This document shows, one piece after another, positions 1-13,390 of a DNA stretch of 64,000 bases (position 1 is its first letter; every line of letters starts with the position of its first letter). The stretch is from NCBI GenBank assembly GCA_035193785.1, contig CP136572.1:1972578-2036577 (forward strand). Reading direction: 5' to 3'. Both the position numbers and the translations under genes were made by a program. The stretch is from Planktothrix sp. GU0601_MAG3 (GTDB taxonomy: Bacteria; Cyanobacteriota; Cyanobacteriia; Cyanobacteriales; Microcoleaceae). The notes beneath the pieces are model-generated. The model was given only the letters and a program-made list of their open reading frames with translations. It made no database searches and was not told the DNA's origin.

Positions 1-1557
1 GTTTTCGGATCAACAATTTCAGGACTATTATCCTTAGCAATTAAATTGTCATCAAGTTCCGCATCCACCCGGGAAAACTTAACATCGGTGTGTTCCCGTT
101 CTAGGAAACTAATAAAATGACTATCAATAAAGGAATCGAAGAATAAAACTTCTAATCCTTGACTGGTATGTAACTGAATATAAGTGGCTTGGGTAGTTTC
201 ATCGGTACAATAAAATACCCGATTTTCATGGCGTTCTTTATTGCGTTCGAGATATTCGCTTAAGGTGGTATAGTAACGACCTTTTTCATCGGTATTATCA
301 GGGGTTTGGGCGGCAACATCTTGCCACACATCCCCGGCTTCCGTTTGTACCTGAACATCAACGGCTTTTTCTGCGTTATTTGCCGGGTCGGGGGTATAGG
401 TAGTACGACAAATCAGAATATCCTCAACTTGTTTTTTAAACTTGTCATCGTTGAGGGAACCAAACTTAACAAATGTACCGATATCCTGCCAACAACGGAT
501 ATATTCTTTGCGGTTATCCCGATATAATTCTTTCAGACGGTCAGCGACTTTTTTAGCTACATAATCGGCAATTTTGCGGACGGTGCGATTACTTTGTAGG
601 GCACTGCGGGAAATATTCAAAGGAATATCCGTACTATCAATTACCCCCCGCAAAGGCATCAGGAATTTGGGAATAATATCTTCACAGTGGTCACTGACAA
701 AGACCTGATTACAGAACAGTTTAATATTGCCCTGGGTGATATCTACATCGGGTTTAAGTTTGGGGAAATACAGAATTCCATTCACAATAAAAGGATAATC
801 AGTATTCAGATGTACCCACAGCAGGGGTTCTTCTTGGAAGGGATAGAGATAGCGATAAAGTTCTAAATAATCTTCGTCGGTTAAGTTATTAGGAGACTCC
901 CGCCAGGGTGCTTTTTGGCGGTTGATGATTTCGCCGTCCAATTTAATCGGAACGGGCATAAAATCACAATAGGTTTTAATTAATTGACGGATGCGGGAGG
1001 GTTCGGTATATTCGATTTCCTCATCCATCAAAGTTAGGGTGATGGTAGTTCCCCGTTGGATGCGGCCAGAGTCTTCCAGCTTAAAGACCGGAGAACCATC
1101 GCACGTCCAGTGAAACGGCTTGGGAGCCCTCTTGGTAGGAAAGGGTATCGATTTCGACCTGACGGGCCACCATAAAGGAGGAGTAGAACCCTAAACCAAA
1201 ATGACCGATGATGGATTGGTCAGAGTTGGCTTGATATTTTTCGATAAATTCTTCGGCGCTGGAAAAGGCGACTTGGTTAATATATTTTTTGACTTCCTCG
1301 GCGGTCATCCCAATGCCATTATCGGTAATGGAGAGGGTTTTGTTCTCTTTATCAAGGGTGATGGTGATTTCGGCTTCGCCCGCATCCCCGGAATATTCCC
1401 CAGACCGGGACACCATATTCAGTTTAGCAATGGCGTCAACGGCGTTGGAAACCAGTTCCCGCAGGAAGACTTCATGGTCGGTGTAGAGGGATTTTTTGAT
1501 AATCGGGAAGATATTCTCGGTATGGATGGTAATGGTTCCCTGTTCGAGTACGGTCAT
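1..1557 (-). CDS. htpG: Molecular chaperone HtpG (Hsp90); runs off the window start; frameshift near 1110
   Basis: N-terminal GHKL motifs FLRELVSNAVDA, DNGIGM, IGHFGLGFYSSF. The frame continues in a shifted register (HWTCDGSP..., PLLWVHLNTDYPF) after one extra T. Confidence 0.95.
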
Positions 1558-1638
1558 AGTGATATCAGGTTAAGGTATCTATAGAATAGTGATGTTATGA
1601 TTGTGTGCGATCGCCTAACCCCAATAAACGTAATCCCC

Positions 1639-2526
1639 CTACAGGTTTGATTCGGTTTCCCGCATCTGCAATTTAGCTAATTTTTCGCTAAATTCCAAAT
1701 TTGCTGCGGAAAGTTCTTGAAGAATATACTGTTTCTGTTCTTCATTAAAAAGTTGATTAAATTTTTTACCCGAGGTATGATAAATTCCCTGTTGGACGGA
1801 AACCTTCCAAGATTCAAAGGGTAAGATAACATTTTTAGCAACTTCCTGGTAGTCCTCTAACATTGTAGGTTCATAGTCTACGCCAATAAAGTTACAAATT
1901 TCCGATAAAACCAAAAGTTGATTATCGATTAATTGTTCATATTGAACCAGGATATGATTGGGTTTATGAAGATGGTTCAAACTTAAGCGAACATCCTTAA
2001 TCCATTGTCGAATACAACGGTCTAAATCCCAAGCTCCTCGCCATTCTTCAGGATATCGGTGAGTAACATCATATAGGGACGTGACAACATCGGTTCCATT
2101 CCTAACCAAATGAATAAATTTTGGGCCTTCAACTCGTTTTTCAATATAGCTAATATAATCAACATTTCCCGGGGTTTTTTCTAACCACAAATTTTTTCCT
2201 TGTTGTTGGGTTAATTCATCTAAAACCCGAATAAACCCCTGAACATATTGCAGGGTAAACACCGCGGTTTTTGGTAAATATTTTGTTAATTCAGGATGAC
2301 CCACTTCTGCTAAAAACTCCTCAAATCTTTGCCGGGCAAAATGACCTGGAATTCTCAATTTAATTCGCCAGGGGGGACGATTTTCTAATAAACAACGGAA
2401 AAAATGGGATTCGGGAAAAGAGGCAATTTGAGAATGGGCTGCTAACAGACTTTGTAATAGGGTAGTTCCTGACCGGGGACAGCCCACAAGAAATAATCGG
2501 GGGGAGGAATGGTTTAATGGTAACAA
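1639..2526 (-). CDS. Sulfotransferase family protein
   Basis: 5'-PSB motif GCPRSGTTLL, WLEKTP, and 3'-PB-like IHLVRNGTDVVTS. Confidence 0.9.
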   Translation of the reverse strand: MLPLNHSSPRLFLVGCPRSGTTLLQSLLAAHSQIASFPESHFFRCLLENRPPWRIKLRIPGHFARQRFEEFLAEVGHPELTKYLPKTAVFTLQYVQGFIRVLDELTQQQGKNLWLEKTPGNVDYISYIEKRVEGPKFIHLVRNGTDVVTSLYDVTHRYPEEWRGAWDLDRCIRQWIKDVRLSLNHLHKPNHILVQYEQLIDNQLLVLSEICNFIGVDYEPTMLEDYQEVAKNVILPFESWKVSVQQGIYHTSGKKFNQLFNEEQKQYILQELSAANLEFSEKLAKLQMRETESNL

Positions 2527-2605
2527 GATCTAAACCGATAACTTTGGGTTAGTTCTAATGATACAATTAACTTGCCCTAAATGTCATCATTAGAGGTTAA
2601 ATTCC

Positions 2606-3851
2606 GTGACCAATACATCACTGCGAACCCTGTTCATTACCCCTGATTTACCCTATCCCCCCAGGGCAGGAGGGCCTCTACGCAGTTGGCAGAATATTAA
2701 CCTGATGAAACAATATGGGGATGTCGCTGTATTTTCAGTTTTTCCCGGGGAAACCCCCACAGAAAACCTTACCTGGAATTCAAAATTGGGATCACTATAA
2801 TATTAGTCAAAAACGACCGTTGAAAGAACGGTTACAATATCGAGTCTCTGGGTTAACACCCTGGAGATGTGCTTATATTGATTTTTTTTATACTCAGCCT
2901 GCGGTCGAAAAATTAAACAAAATTATAAAAGAATGGCAACCATCACTGGTGATTTTTGAACATTTATGGTTATGTCGTTATCTTCCGATTGTTCAGCGTT
3001 ATCCCTGCCAAATTATTTTTGATGAACATAATGTAGAGGTGGATTTATTTGAGCAGAAAATTCAGCAAATGATAGGATTACGACTGAAAACAAAGATGAA
3101 ATTAGAAAAGTTTCATTTGCAGTTTTTAGAAAAAAAAATGGCTTATAAATCCGATCAAATTTGGGTCTGTAGTCAATCCGATGCGGACAAACTCAAACAA
3201 CGATATGGACAGAAACTCAATCCTTATATTGTCCCGAATGGCATTAATGTGACTAATTATGATACGGTGCGAAATGGTCAATGTATTCCGGCTTTCGAGG
3301 GTAAATCAAACCCCCATACCTTAATATTTATTGGGACATTTGGTTATCCTCCCAACGTCGAAGCAGCAGAGTTTCTCATCCGAGAGTTTTATCCTAAAAT
3401 TAAACAGCTTTATCCTGATACTTTATTAATTATTGTAGGAAAAAATCTTCCCCCAGCCTTAGCCGCAGCTACAAAAGAAGAATCCGGGATTCTATGGACA
3501 GGATTAGTGGAGGATGTTACACCCTATTTAGCAGCAGCGAGTGTGGTCATTACTCCATTATTTAAAGGGGGAGGAACTCGCTTAAAAATATTAGAAGCCT
3601 TTGCCGCCGGTCGTCCCGTTGTGAGTACCACAAAAGGGGCTGAAGGACTAGATATTGAGGATAAAAAACATTTATTAATTGAGGATAAAATCGAGGGAAT
3701 GGTTGATGCTGTTGATCAATTTTGGTCAAATCCTACCCTGTATCAACACTGTGTTGATAATGCTTATAATTTAGTTAAAACTCGATATTCTTGGGAGGCT
3801 ATTTCCCATAAAATTCAACCCTTAATTCAAAAAATAATATCTCAAGATTAA
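2606..3851 (+). CDS. Glycosyltransferase family 4 (frameshift near 2750-2790)
   Basis: PYPPRAGG N-terminus plus GGTRLKILEAFAAGRPVVST. ORFs 2606..2800 and 2715..3851 overlap. Confidence 0.85.
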
Positions 3852-4965
3852 TTAATTATTACCTAAAATCTCTCGATAAAATTGTGCTGTTTTTTGAGCA
3901 ATTAATTCCCAACCTAAAGCATCACACTGCCTTTTGACTAATACACTTAAAGCCTGTAAATCAATCGTGGTGCTTTGTTGTAATGTTTTTAGTAAACCTT
4001 GGTCATCATTGGGATTATATAAAAGTTGATTAGCAACCCCCAAAGTTTCAGCAATTCCCCCTAAATCCGGTGCAATAATGGGTTTATTATAGGACATGGC
4101 TAAAATCAAACTTCCCGAGGTTAAGATTTTTTCAAAAGGAAACACAATCACATCCGCAGCACTGAAAAAAAGATGGATTCTACTAGATTCAATAAACTCT
4201 GGAATCAGAATTAATCCCGGGATATCTTTAGAAAGTTCCTGTAATTCTAAATAATAGGAATTATTAACGGGTTTACCTGCAATCACCAAGGTATCATTCC
4301 CAAAACTATCGGGATAATTTTTCCAAATATTAATCAATTTTTCTATTTTTTTATAGGGTTTGAGAAAGCCTATATTCATATAAATACGACCCGTTAAGGG
4401 TAATCCCAACTGTTTGCGGGCGTCAATTGAATCAACAGAAGCCCCATACACCTCTCGATAATGACCATGGGGAATAACAATGGCTTTTTGGCTGTTAAAT
4501 TTGGAATCGGTTTCTATTAATTTCAAACTAGAATAATTATGGAAAATAATCCCATTCACTAACTTCGATAAAATCCTCCTTGTCCAACGTTCTAAAGTAG
4601 GAAAGGGGTCATCATGGGACACTTGGTTATGAAACTGTCCAAACAATTTTAACCCCCAACATTCGGACTATAATAACATCCAATAAAAATTTGATACAAG
4701 CCAAGAATTTAGACCCTTTTTGCGGTGCATTGATATAAAATTCTAACCAGTGCAAATGAACAATATCAACCGCAGGAGTTCGATTTTTTAAAACACCTCT
4801 TAAAATCGGAAAATAATTCAAATAGTAAGACCAAAATTCAACCTGAATCTGTTCTTGTGCTAACCCCTGGGAAAGCAGGGATTGATAGGGGTTATCCCGG
4901 CGAAAATCCGGTAGCATTAGAACTTTAAGTTTGGTCAAAGATAGATTCTTTTGAGGATTCATCAT
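3852..4965 (-). CDS. Glycosyltransferase family 4 (frameshift near 4635)
   Basis: NPYQ, VHLHW, VWTV-HN, IPHGHY, KPYK, TSGSLILAMS motifs across two ORFs. Confidence 0.85.
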
Positions 4966-5155
4966 TTTAGGTTTACAATCGAAAATATTCTGATAAAATA
5001 TAGGGTTAATCTACCATAAATTTTCTGGCTCTTGGGTGACCACTGTATTAATTTTGTCAACATTATTTTAAGTTTTATAAAAAATATCTATTTGTCATTG
5101 CTAAATAGATACAATTGTGATATAAAATTGATCTAAAAAAATGATAATAAATATT

Positions 5156-6104
5156 ATGGCTATTATCTCTGTAGTTATCCCCGCCTATAATGCAGAAAAC
5201 ACAATTCAGGAAACGATTAACTCGGTTTTAAATCAGACTTTTGAAGACTTTGAAATTATCGTGATTAATGATGGTTCAACCGACTCTACCTTAAATATTG
5301 TTTCTGGTATTAATGCTCCTAGAATTAAGATTTTTTCCTATCCTAATTCCGGGGCGGCTGTCAGTAGAAATCGGGGATTTGCTGTTGCTACGGGTGAATA
5401 TATTGCTTTATTAGACGCTGATGATCTTTGGACTCCTAATAAACTAGAATCCCAGTATCAGGCTTTACAAACCAATCCTCAAGCTGCGGTAGCCTATAGC
5501 TGGACGGATTATATTGATCAGTCAGGAACATTTTTACTATCTGGTACTCATCAAACGTTTAACGGGGATGTTTATCCTCAGTTATTGGTTCATAATTTTT
5601 TAGAAAATGGTTTCTAACCCTCTGATTCGTCGAGAAGCATTAGCGGAAATTGGGGGATTCGATGAATCTCTTTTGGGTGGACAAGATTTTGATTTATATA
5701 TTCGTTTAGCCGCCCGTTATCATTTTGTTGCGCTTCCTGTTGTTCAAGTCTTTTATCGACTTTCTTGTAATTCTATATCGGCTCAGATCGGTAGACAAGA
5801 AAAACAATGTTTAGCCGTTATTGAAAAAGCATTTTTGCAAGCTCCTGCGTCATTACAATATTTAAAAAAACAGAGTTTGGCTAAACTTTATAAATATTTA
5901 TTCTGTCGGACTTTACAAGATTATCCATCTCCCGAAAAAGGTCGAATGGCAATTAAATTTTTATTCAAGTATATGCACTATGATTCTTCTGCTTTACAAC
6001 AAAAGCAATTTTTGCTTATTATTTTCTTCAAAAGTTTCATCATTGCTTTATTCCCTTCCTCGGTAGCACAAAGAATATTATCTCGATTAAAAAGATCTAG
6101 TTAA
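5156..6104 (+). CDS. Glycosyltransferase family 2 (frameshift near 5612)
   Basis: ISVVIPAYNAE, INDGSTD, LDADD; continues in the next frame as SNPLIRR...GGFDE. Confidence 0.9.
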
Positions 6105-6130
6105 TAATCAATTTTTATTGCTGTTAAAAT

Positions 6131-7070
6131 CTAAAATTTATTGATTAATTTTTGTTTTAAAAAATAAAAAGGGCTGAGGGCACTGGACTGAAAAAATTTA
6201 AGTTCACAAGCAGCAACAGTATCCGTTTTGATTTGATCTTTATACTTAATTTGATGTAAAATAGAACGTCTAATCCCCCCCAAGAAAGTTTTAGAAAATA
6301 CAATGGGTTTTTTCCATGCGGGGGTGATTAACATTAACAATAGACAAGATTTTAAACCGTAGATATGAGCCAGATATAATAAATAATTTTTTTCTAAGCG
6401 ATAAGCGGGAAGATAATGATCGAGGTGCATTTTAGGGTTATACCAAATTTCCCATCCCCCTTTATATAAGTTTAAAGAAATTTCATAATCTTCTCCACCT
6501 CTATCTTTATTTTCCAAAACAGGTGGAACATGATCTAACCAAGCTTGTCTTCTAACGACTAAACCTGCACCTGCGGGAAGTTGTAACTTTTCGGGACAGA
6601 ATAAAAACGGTTTGTCCCCGTTTTCTCGAATGGCTAAATAACCTTGAATTCTTTGAAAATTAGGGGGAGGTTTCAACTTTACACAGGGGATGGTTTTGTC
6701 CTCCATAAGCTCCTGCTTTGGGGTACTCCTTACTAAATAAATAGCTTTGTAAAACCCAATTGCAATCAGGTAAGTTATCATCATCTAAACATCCAATTAA
6801 CTCCCCAAAAGCTATTTCTACCCCTCGTTGTCTTGCAAATCCAGCGCCCTGTTTGGGTTCAAATACATACCTTAAAGGAGCTTCAAAATCCCACTGTTTT
6901 TGCCAATTCAAAATTACCTCTGCGGTGCGATCACTGCTATTATTATCAACAACAATAATTTCCCACTTTATCTGTTCTGTTCCCTGCTGAAGTCTTAATT
7001 TTTCTAAAACGGTTGAGATCCGGTTTTCAGAATTATAAGTTGGGATTACAATCGAAAAATCCATGAGCAT
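6131..7070 (-). CDS. GT2 glycosyltransferase, HpsE-like paralog (frameshift near 6690)
   Basis: IVIPTYN, VVDNNSSD, LDDDNLP, PAGAGLVVRRQAW, WEIWYNP; similar to the adjacent gene. Confidence 0.85.
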
Positions 7071-7235
7071 AGCCTCCTCTTATGGGCTAATTTTGTAACC
7101 TTATATAGCAAGCCTAAATGAATTATATACAAAAAATGCTTAAGATCATTCATTCTCCAAAATCTGATTCAACTTGCTACATCTTAACTAGGGTATTATT
7201 ATTTTGAATAGGGACATATCGGTGATCGCAATTGC

Positions 7236-8195
7236 TCATTGTGTTTTTTTGTTTAAATATCCATTTTTCCACAAATAAAAAGGACTAAGCAAGCTACTTG
7301 TTAATAGTTCTAATTCAACAATCGGCACTAAATCTGTTCTCATCTGATTCCCATATTTGAGTAAATGCAGGAGTATCTTTCGCAAATCATTGACAAGATA
7401 TGCTGCGGTTAAAATCGGTTTCATTATGGGTTTGACACCAATCATTCGAGTGACATAACGGCTAAAACCTATGCCCTGAATTAAAGAAATTAAATAATCT
7501 TTTTCTAAACGACTTTTAGGAATATGATGATCGATTTCCATGCTAGGATTATACCAAATTTCCCACTCCGATTGTTGAATATAAGATAACATTTCTAAAT
7601 CTTCAGAAGTTAACATTGAACCTTGAACTCTTCCGGTGAGAATACAATGATGAGGAACACAATTAAGCCAAGCCTCTCGTCGAACGACTAATCCTGCGGA
7701 TGGAGGTAAAAGTTTATTTTTAGGGGAATATAATAAGGGCTGCTCCCCTCGTTCAGTAATTGCTAAAAATGCTTTAATTCGCTCAAAATTTGGCGGAGGT
7801 TCTACTTCATAAACGCCATGAACTTGACTTCCAAAAGCTCCCGCTTGGGAGTGTTCTTGAGAAAATTGATAAGCTTGTTTTACCCAATCTAAAGCAGGAA
7901 CTGTATCATCATCTAAGAACCCAATTAAACTAGCTGTTGATTCTTGAACGGCTCTTTTTCGAGCAAAAGCTGCTCCTTGTTTGGTTTCCAAATAATACCT
8001 TAAAGGAACATTATCTAACCAATTTTCTTGATAATTTTTAACTACGTCTGCGGTATTATCCGTGCTATTATTATCAACAATCATAATTTCCCAGTTAATT
8101 TGTTCCGTTCCGGTTTGCGATTGCAATTTATCCAGAACCGCAGGTAGACGGGTGGCTCCATTATAGGTAGGAATTGCGATAGTAATATCAACCAT
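7236..8195 (-). CDS. hpsE: Hormogonium polysaccharide glycosyltransferase HpsE-like (GT2)
   Basis: IAIPTYNGA, LDDD, LPPSAGLVVRR, EDLE, WEIWYNP, C-terminal LSPFYLW, typical of the cyanobacterial HpsE family. Confidence 0.75.
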   Translation of the reverse strand: MVDITIAIPTYNGATRLPAVLDKLQSQTGTEQINWEIMIVDNNSTDNTADVVKNYQENWLDNVPLRYYLETKQGAAFARKRAVQESTASLIGFLDDDTVPALDWVKQAYQFSQEHSQAGAFGSQVHGVYEVEPPPNFERIKAFLAITERGEQPLLYSPKNKLLPPSAGLVVRREAWLNCVPHHCILTGRVQGSMLTSEDLEMLSYIQQSEWEIWYNPSMEIDHHIPKSRLEKDYLISLIQGIGFSRYVTRMIGVKPIMKPILTAAYLVNDLRKILLHLLKYGNQMRTDLVPIVELELLTSSLLSPFYLWKNGYLNKKTQ

Positions 8196-8290
8196 TATGA
8201 GTTACAAGGATTAAAATTTATTGTTGTTATTATAGCTGATTCAAATTTTAGGAGACGTTGGATAGAACGTCCCTAAAGTTAAATCAAAAT

Positions 8291-11141
8291 CTATTCATCT
8301 TTCACGGTTTCCACCGTAATAATATCATCCCCCTCTGCTGTTTTAGATGTGGTTAATATCACGGGTTGAACATCCATTTCCAACGGATCAGATATTGTTT
8401 TTCTCATGGGTTGAACATTCATAATTAACGGTTCTTCTTTAGCTTTAGGAACTAAAGGTTGATGATTAAAGACTAATTTTTCATCTTCATAATCCACATA
8501 AATCGTATCTTCCGTGACGAATTTCTGTTCTAACAATAAATTTGCAATATGGTTCTCTACTTCCCGTTGAATCGCCCGTTTTAACGGTCTAGCTCCATAC
8601 ACCGGATCATAACCAATATCCGCTAAATAATCTAAGGTAGCTGGAGATAATTCAATGGATATTTTTTGATCCGATAATAACCTTTGAATCCGTTTAACTT
8701 GAATCGCCACAATATACCGTAATTCCCCTTTACTTAACGGATGGAATAGAATAATATCATCCACCCGATTTAAAAATTCCGGGCGAAAATGCGATCGCAA
8801 AGCCGTCATCACTCGCTTCTCCATTTCCCCATAACGGGACTCATCCCCCGCCACATCTAAAATATGTTCCCCCCCAATATTACTGGTCATTACAATTACC
8901 GTATTTCTAAAATCCACCGTCCTTCCTTGGGAGTCGGTAATTCGGCCATCATCTAATACTTGTAATAAAATATTAAACACATCGGGATGGGCTTTTTCCA
9001 CCTCATCAAATAAAATCACCGAATAGGGATGACGTCGCACCGCTTCCGATAGTTGACCACCCTCGTCATACCCCACATAGCCCGGAGGTGCCCCCACTAA
9101 GCGGGAAACCGCGTGTTTTTCCATATATTCAGACATATCAATCCGAATAATCGACTCCTCGCTATCAAATAAAAACTCCGCTAAGGCCTTGGCTAACTCG
9201 GTTTTTCCCACCCCCGTTGGCCCCATAAATAGGAAAGATCCAATCGGACGCCCGGGATCTTTCATCCCCGCCCGCGCCCTTCTAATCGCAGCAGAAACCG
9301 CCGCCACCGCCTCCTGTTGTCCGATTACCCGTTGATGTAAATGACTCTCTAAGCGCAGTAATTTCTGCCGTTCTGACTCTAATAAACGGTTAACAGGTAT
9401 CCCAGTCCATTTAGCAATAATGCCCGCGATATCGGCTTCTGTAACCTCCTCGCGCAACATCGAAGAACCTTGAGATTGTAACTTAACTAATTCAGCTTCT
9501 TTGCCTTCCCGTTCTTGATGTAAAACTTCCAATTGACCATACTTTAATTGGGCGGCTTTGTTCAAATCATAGGCTCGTTCCGCCTGTTCAATTTGGACTC
9601 GTAATTCTTCTTCATCTTCCTTGAGTTTATTAATACTATCTAGGAGTTGTTTTTCCCCTTGCCATTGGGAGGCAAGTTTTTCCTGTTTAGTTTTTAAACT
9701 CTCAATTTCTTCCTTAATTCTGCCTAAACGAATCGCCACCCCGCCATCATTTCGGCGGTTACTTTCCCCTGTTCCTAAACTTTCTCCTTCTATGGATAAT
9801 TTTTCCATTTCTAACTGCATTACCCGCCGATCAATTTGTTCTAATTCCACGGGTTTTGAAGTTATTTCCATTTTTAATTGGGCGGCGGCTTCATCAACAA
9901 CATCAATGGCTTTATCGGGTAGAAAGCGATCGCTAATATACCGACTCGATAACATCGCCGCCGCCACCAAGGCACTATCAGTAATTTTCACCCCATGATG
10001 GCGTTCATAACGGTCTTTTAATCCTCTTAAAATTGATATGGTATCTTCAGGAGAAGGTTGATCAACATAAACCTGTTGAAACCGACGTTCTAAGGCCGGA
10101 TCTTTTTCAATATGTTTGCGATATTCGTCCACAGTGGAAGCGCCAATACAGCGCAATTCTCCCCGGGCTAACATGGGTTTGAGTAAATTACTGGCATCCA
10201 TTCCCGATGAACCGCCGCTAGAACCTGCTCCAACTACGGTATGCAATTCATCAATAAATAATACAATTTGTCCCTCGGAATGGGTGACTTCTCTTAATAC
10301 TGATCTTAATCTTTCTTCAAATTCTCCCCGATATTTTGCCCCGGCAATTAAACTTCCCATATCAAGGGAAATTAACTGGCGATTTTTTAAGGATTCTGGC
10401 ACATCTCCGTTAACAATTCGTTGGGCTAAACCTTCGGCGATCGCGGTTTTTCCTACTCCCGGTTCCCCAATTAAAACCGGATTATTTTTAGTTCTGCGAG
10501 ATAAACAACTGACCACCCGACGGACTTCTTCATCCCGACCAATTACCGGATCAAGTTTTCCGGCCTTAGCCAATTCTGTTAAGTCTTTACCATATTTTTT
10601 TAAGGCTTCATAACTGGTTTCTGGGCTTTGGGTTTCGACTTTTGAACTACCCCGAATTGCTTTAATTGCTTCTTCTAATTTCGGACGAATAGAAGGAGAA
10701 ACGCCCAGGACGATCATAACCCGGACGTCCGGGCCGTTGACTGGTGGGGGCTTCTCCAGCCAGAAGTTTCCGACCGATGCGGTCATCTTCGGAGAAGGCT
10801 AGGATTAAATGTTCGATGGAGATAAAACCATCCTGTAGGGCTTGACGGTCTGCTTCAGCTTTATCCAATAACAGATCTAAGCTCTGTCCTAGATATAAAT
10901 GTTCAATCCGTCCCACCTTGGGTTGACGTTTGGTAAAGGCTTCCAACTGTTGGCCTAAAATATCCGTATCGACTCCCGCCCGACCCAGGAGGCTGGTGGC
11001 GAGTCCATTTTGTTCTAGCAGGGCGGTGATCAGATGTTCGACTTCTAAATTCTGATTTTGAAAACGACGCGCTACATCCTGGGATTTAACCACGGCTTCC
11101 CAGGCTTTATCTGTAAATTTTGTCGGATCGGTCGGTTGCAT
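8291..11141 (-). CDS. clpB: ATP-dependent chaperone ClpB (frameshift near 10700-10770)
   Basis: N-terminus [14 protein letters not shown], two AAA+ modules ([16 protein letters not shown]) and the coiled-coil middle domain. Confidence 0.95.
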
Positions 11142-11476
11142 CGTTGGGGGGGGGATCAATAAAGGGTAAAAATAATCATCAATATACTTTCCCCCATTCT
11201 AACTATATCTGGGCGCAACCCGTGAATTGATGTAGGATTGATGGAGAAAGGGCGATTACGTCGGTATCGTTGAAATTTTTGTGGATACTGTGGAGTGATT
11301 TTACAATGATTTTATCGGTCAAACCTTTTCTATTTTTCGGTGCTACCTAGCAACTATGTCACTTTAACCTCCGTGGCAGATTGTGGAAATAGACTTGACC
11401 GGGCGATCGCTTCATAAAATGTAACATTTTTGTTATGATCAGGTCAGTCGGTCTACTTCCCTAACAAAATCTCCCA

Positions 11477-11659
11477 ATGAATACCCCATCAACCCCAGAC
11501 CTAGAACCCCAAGTTAAATCCAGTGAACCCCGACCGAGCTATGTTAAATTAGCAATGCGGAATATGGTTCGCAAAGGCGGAAAATCCCTATTCCACTTCG
11601 CCTTAACCACCTTGGGCTTAGTCGGATTTCTAGTTGGAATGGCTTATCTAACTCGTTAA
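11477..11659 (+). CDS. DUF3285-like small membrane protein
   Basis: SYVKLAMRNMVRKG...HFALT motif, conserved upstream of ybeY in cyanobacteria. Confidence 0.8.
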   Translation: MNTPSTPDLEPQVKSSEPRPSYVKLAMRNMVRKGGKSLFHFALTTLGLVGFLVGMAYLTR

Positions 11660-11690
11660 ATCCTTTAAATTCTGATTAGATTGTTGATCA

Positions 11691-12239
11691 ATGACTGTAC
11701 AGGTTGAAGTTAGTATACAGGACTATTTTTGGGAACAGTTAGAACACTCAAAAAATCACACCATTCCTCATAATTCGATAGAGTCTGCTTCCCGACAAAT
11801 CGACTGTCCCTTGACGATCACGGAATGGGAAAATTGGTTCCAAATTTGGTTAAATTATTTGGAGTCCTATTTGCCTTTGGTATCCAGTTACGAGTTAAGT
11901 TTACGCTTAACGGATGATCACGAGATTCAACAGTTAAATACTCAGTATCGTTCCCAAAACAAACCCACCGATGTGTTAGCCTTTGCTACATTGGAAGTAG
12001 ATTCTCCCTTACCTCCAGAAGCGGGTTTTGATGAATCTTTGTATCTAGGTGATATTGTAATTTCGGTGGAAACGGCCTATCATCAAGCTCAACAACAAGG
12101 ACATTCCTTAAAAATAGAGCTAGGATGGTTAGCAACCCACGGTTTATTACATCTTTTAGGTTGGGATCATCCCGATGATCAAAGTTTAACTGAAATGTTA
12201 GAGCAACAACGGGTACTCTTAGAAACAATTGGATTATAA
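11691..12239 (+). CDS. ybeY: rRNA maturation RNase YbeY
   Basis: PTDVLAF, LGDIVIS, HGLLHLLGWDH. Confidence 0.95.
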   Translation: MTVQVEVSIQDYFWEQLEHSKNHTIPHNSIESASRQIDCPLTITEWENWFQIWLNYLESYLPLVSSYELSLRLTDDHEIQQLNTQYRSQNKPTDVLAFATLEVDSPLPPEAGFDESLYLGDIVISVETAYHQAQQQGHSLKIELGWLATHGLLHLLGWDHPDDQSLTEMLEQQRVLLETIGL

Positions 12240-12867
12240 TAATTACCAAAGTTTGAAGATTGTTTTGATTCGGTCTTGGATTTTTTCGGGCAAAGATTTG
12301 GTAAAAATTTTCTGTCTAATTTGTTCCAAAGCCCCATGGGTTTTGTGATCAAGTGGAGCCAGATTAAAGACTTTTCATCTAGGATACTTGATCAAAACTT
12401 AAATCGTCAAGACCTTTTCGAGATCGAGAATTGACGAAAAATTCAATGCCCCTTTATTTAATTTTTTATAGGCTGTTGTGCATTTAAACGTTATATTCGA
12501 GGCATTGGGGACGCGACCACTACAAGGATGGGGTAATTTTCTAAATCACAACTACATACTGAACAGCTTATTGACCTTAAACAAAAGATCTGTACAATCT
12601 GGGGGATAGGGAGTCCCTAAACTTGTCAGGGGCTATTTACCTAGGACTCAGGGAAATCGGAACCTAAAAATAGGTAAGTAATTTTACGGATAATTAATTT
12701 AACTCGGTAGTAAAATCACTAGAGGTTGTGTCCGTCCTGGGAGTACAACCGTAAATTCCGGTAGCTGAATAAATTACAGATTTGGAAAATTATGATAAAT
12801 TGCTTGCAGTACCCCTATGAAAACTGAATGTGGTTAAAAACATAACAAGTGAAGGATAGATCCAGTA

Positions 12868-13387
12868 ATGCACCTAAACAAACCCTCAATTTCAGAATTT
12901 CCTGCTTCCCCATTGATTTCTCTGTCTCAGGGAAAAAAAGCAGAACAGTCCCACCTGTCTGACGCTATGGGAAAAAAATATGACCGAGAATTATCGTGGA
13001 AAATCGCTTCTAATCTATTAGTTAGCTTTAAATATGCCTGGACAGGAATTAGTTATGCCTTTAGAACTCAAAGAAACTTTCGGATTCATACTATCATTGG
13101 AAACCCTAGCAATTGGCTTGGGTCTTTTTTTGCAGTTAACCCAGGTGGAAATCGCCGTTATTGGCCTAACCATTGGTGCGGTGATGACCATGGAATTATT
13201 GAATACAGCCATAGAATCGGTGGTTGACTTAACCGTCGGTCAGTCCTACCATGATTTAGCCCGAATTGCTAAGGATTGCGCGGCGGCGGCGGTTTTAATC
13301 TCCGCTTTCGTGGCATTATTTGTAGCGGGAATCTTACTTTTACCGCCTCTGTTCACCTGGATTCAAGTTATATTTTCAGGAGTTTAA
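12868..13387 (+). CDS. dgkA: Diacylglycerol/undecaprenol kinase (frameshift near 13100)
   Basis: SFKYAWTGI...QRNFRIH followed in the shifted frame by ELLNTAIESVVDL, AKDCAAAAV. Confidence 0.9.
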
Positions 13388-13390
13388 CCC

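Noticed and set aside
12240..12867. Long intergenic region between ybeY and dgkA as a possible ncRNA or riboswitch
   Set aside because: No recognisable RNA motif, ORF or convincing long stem found by eye.
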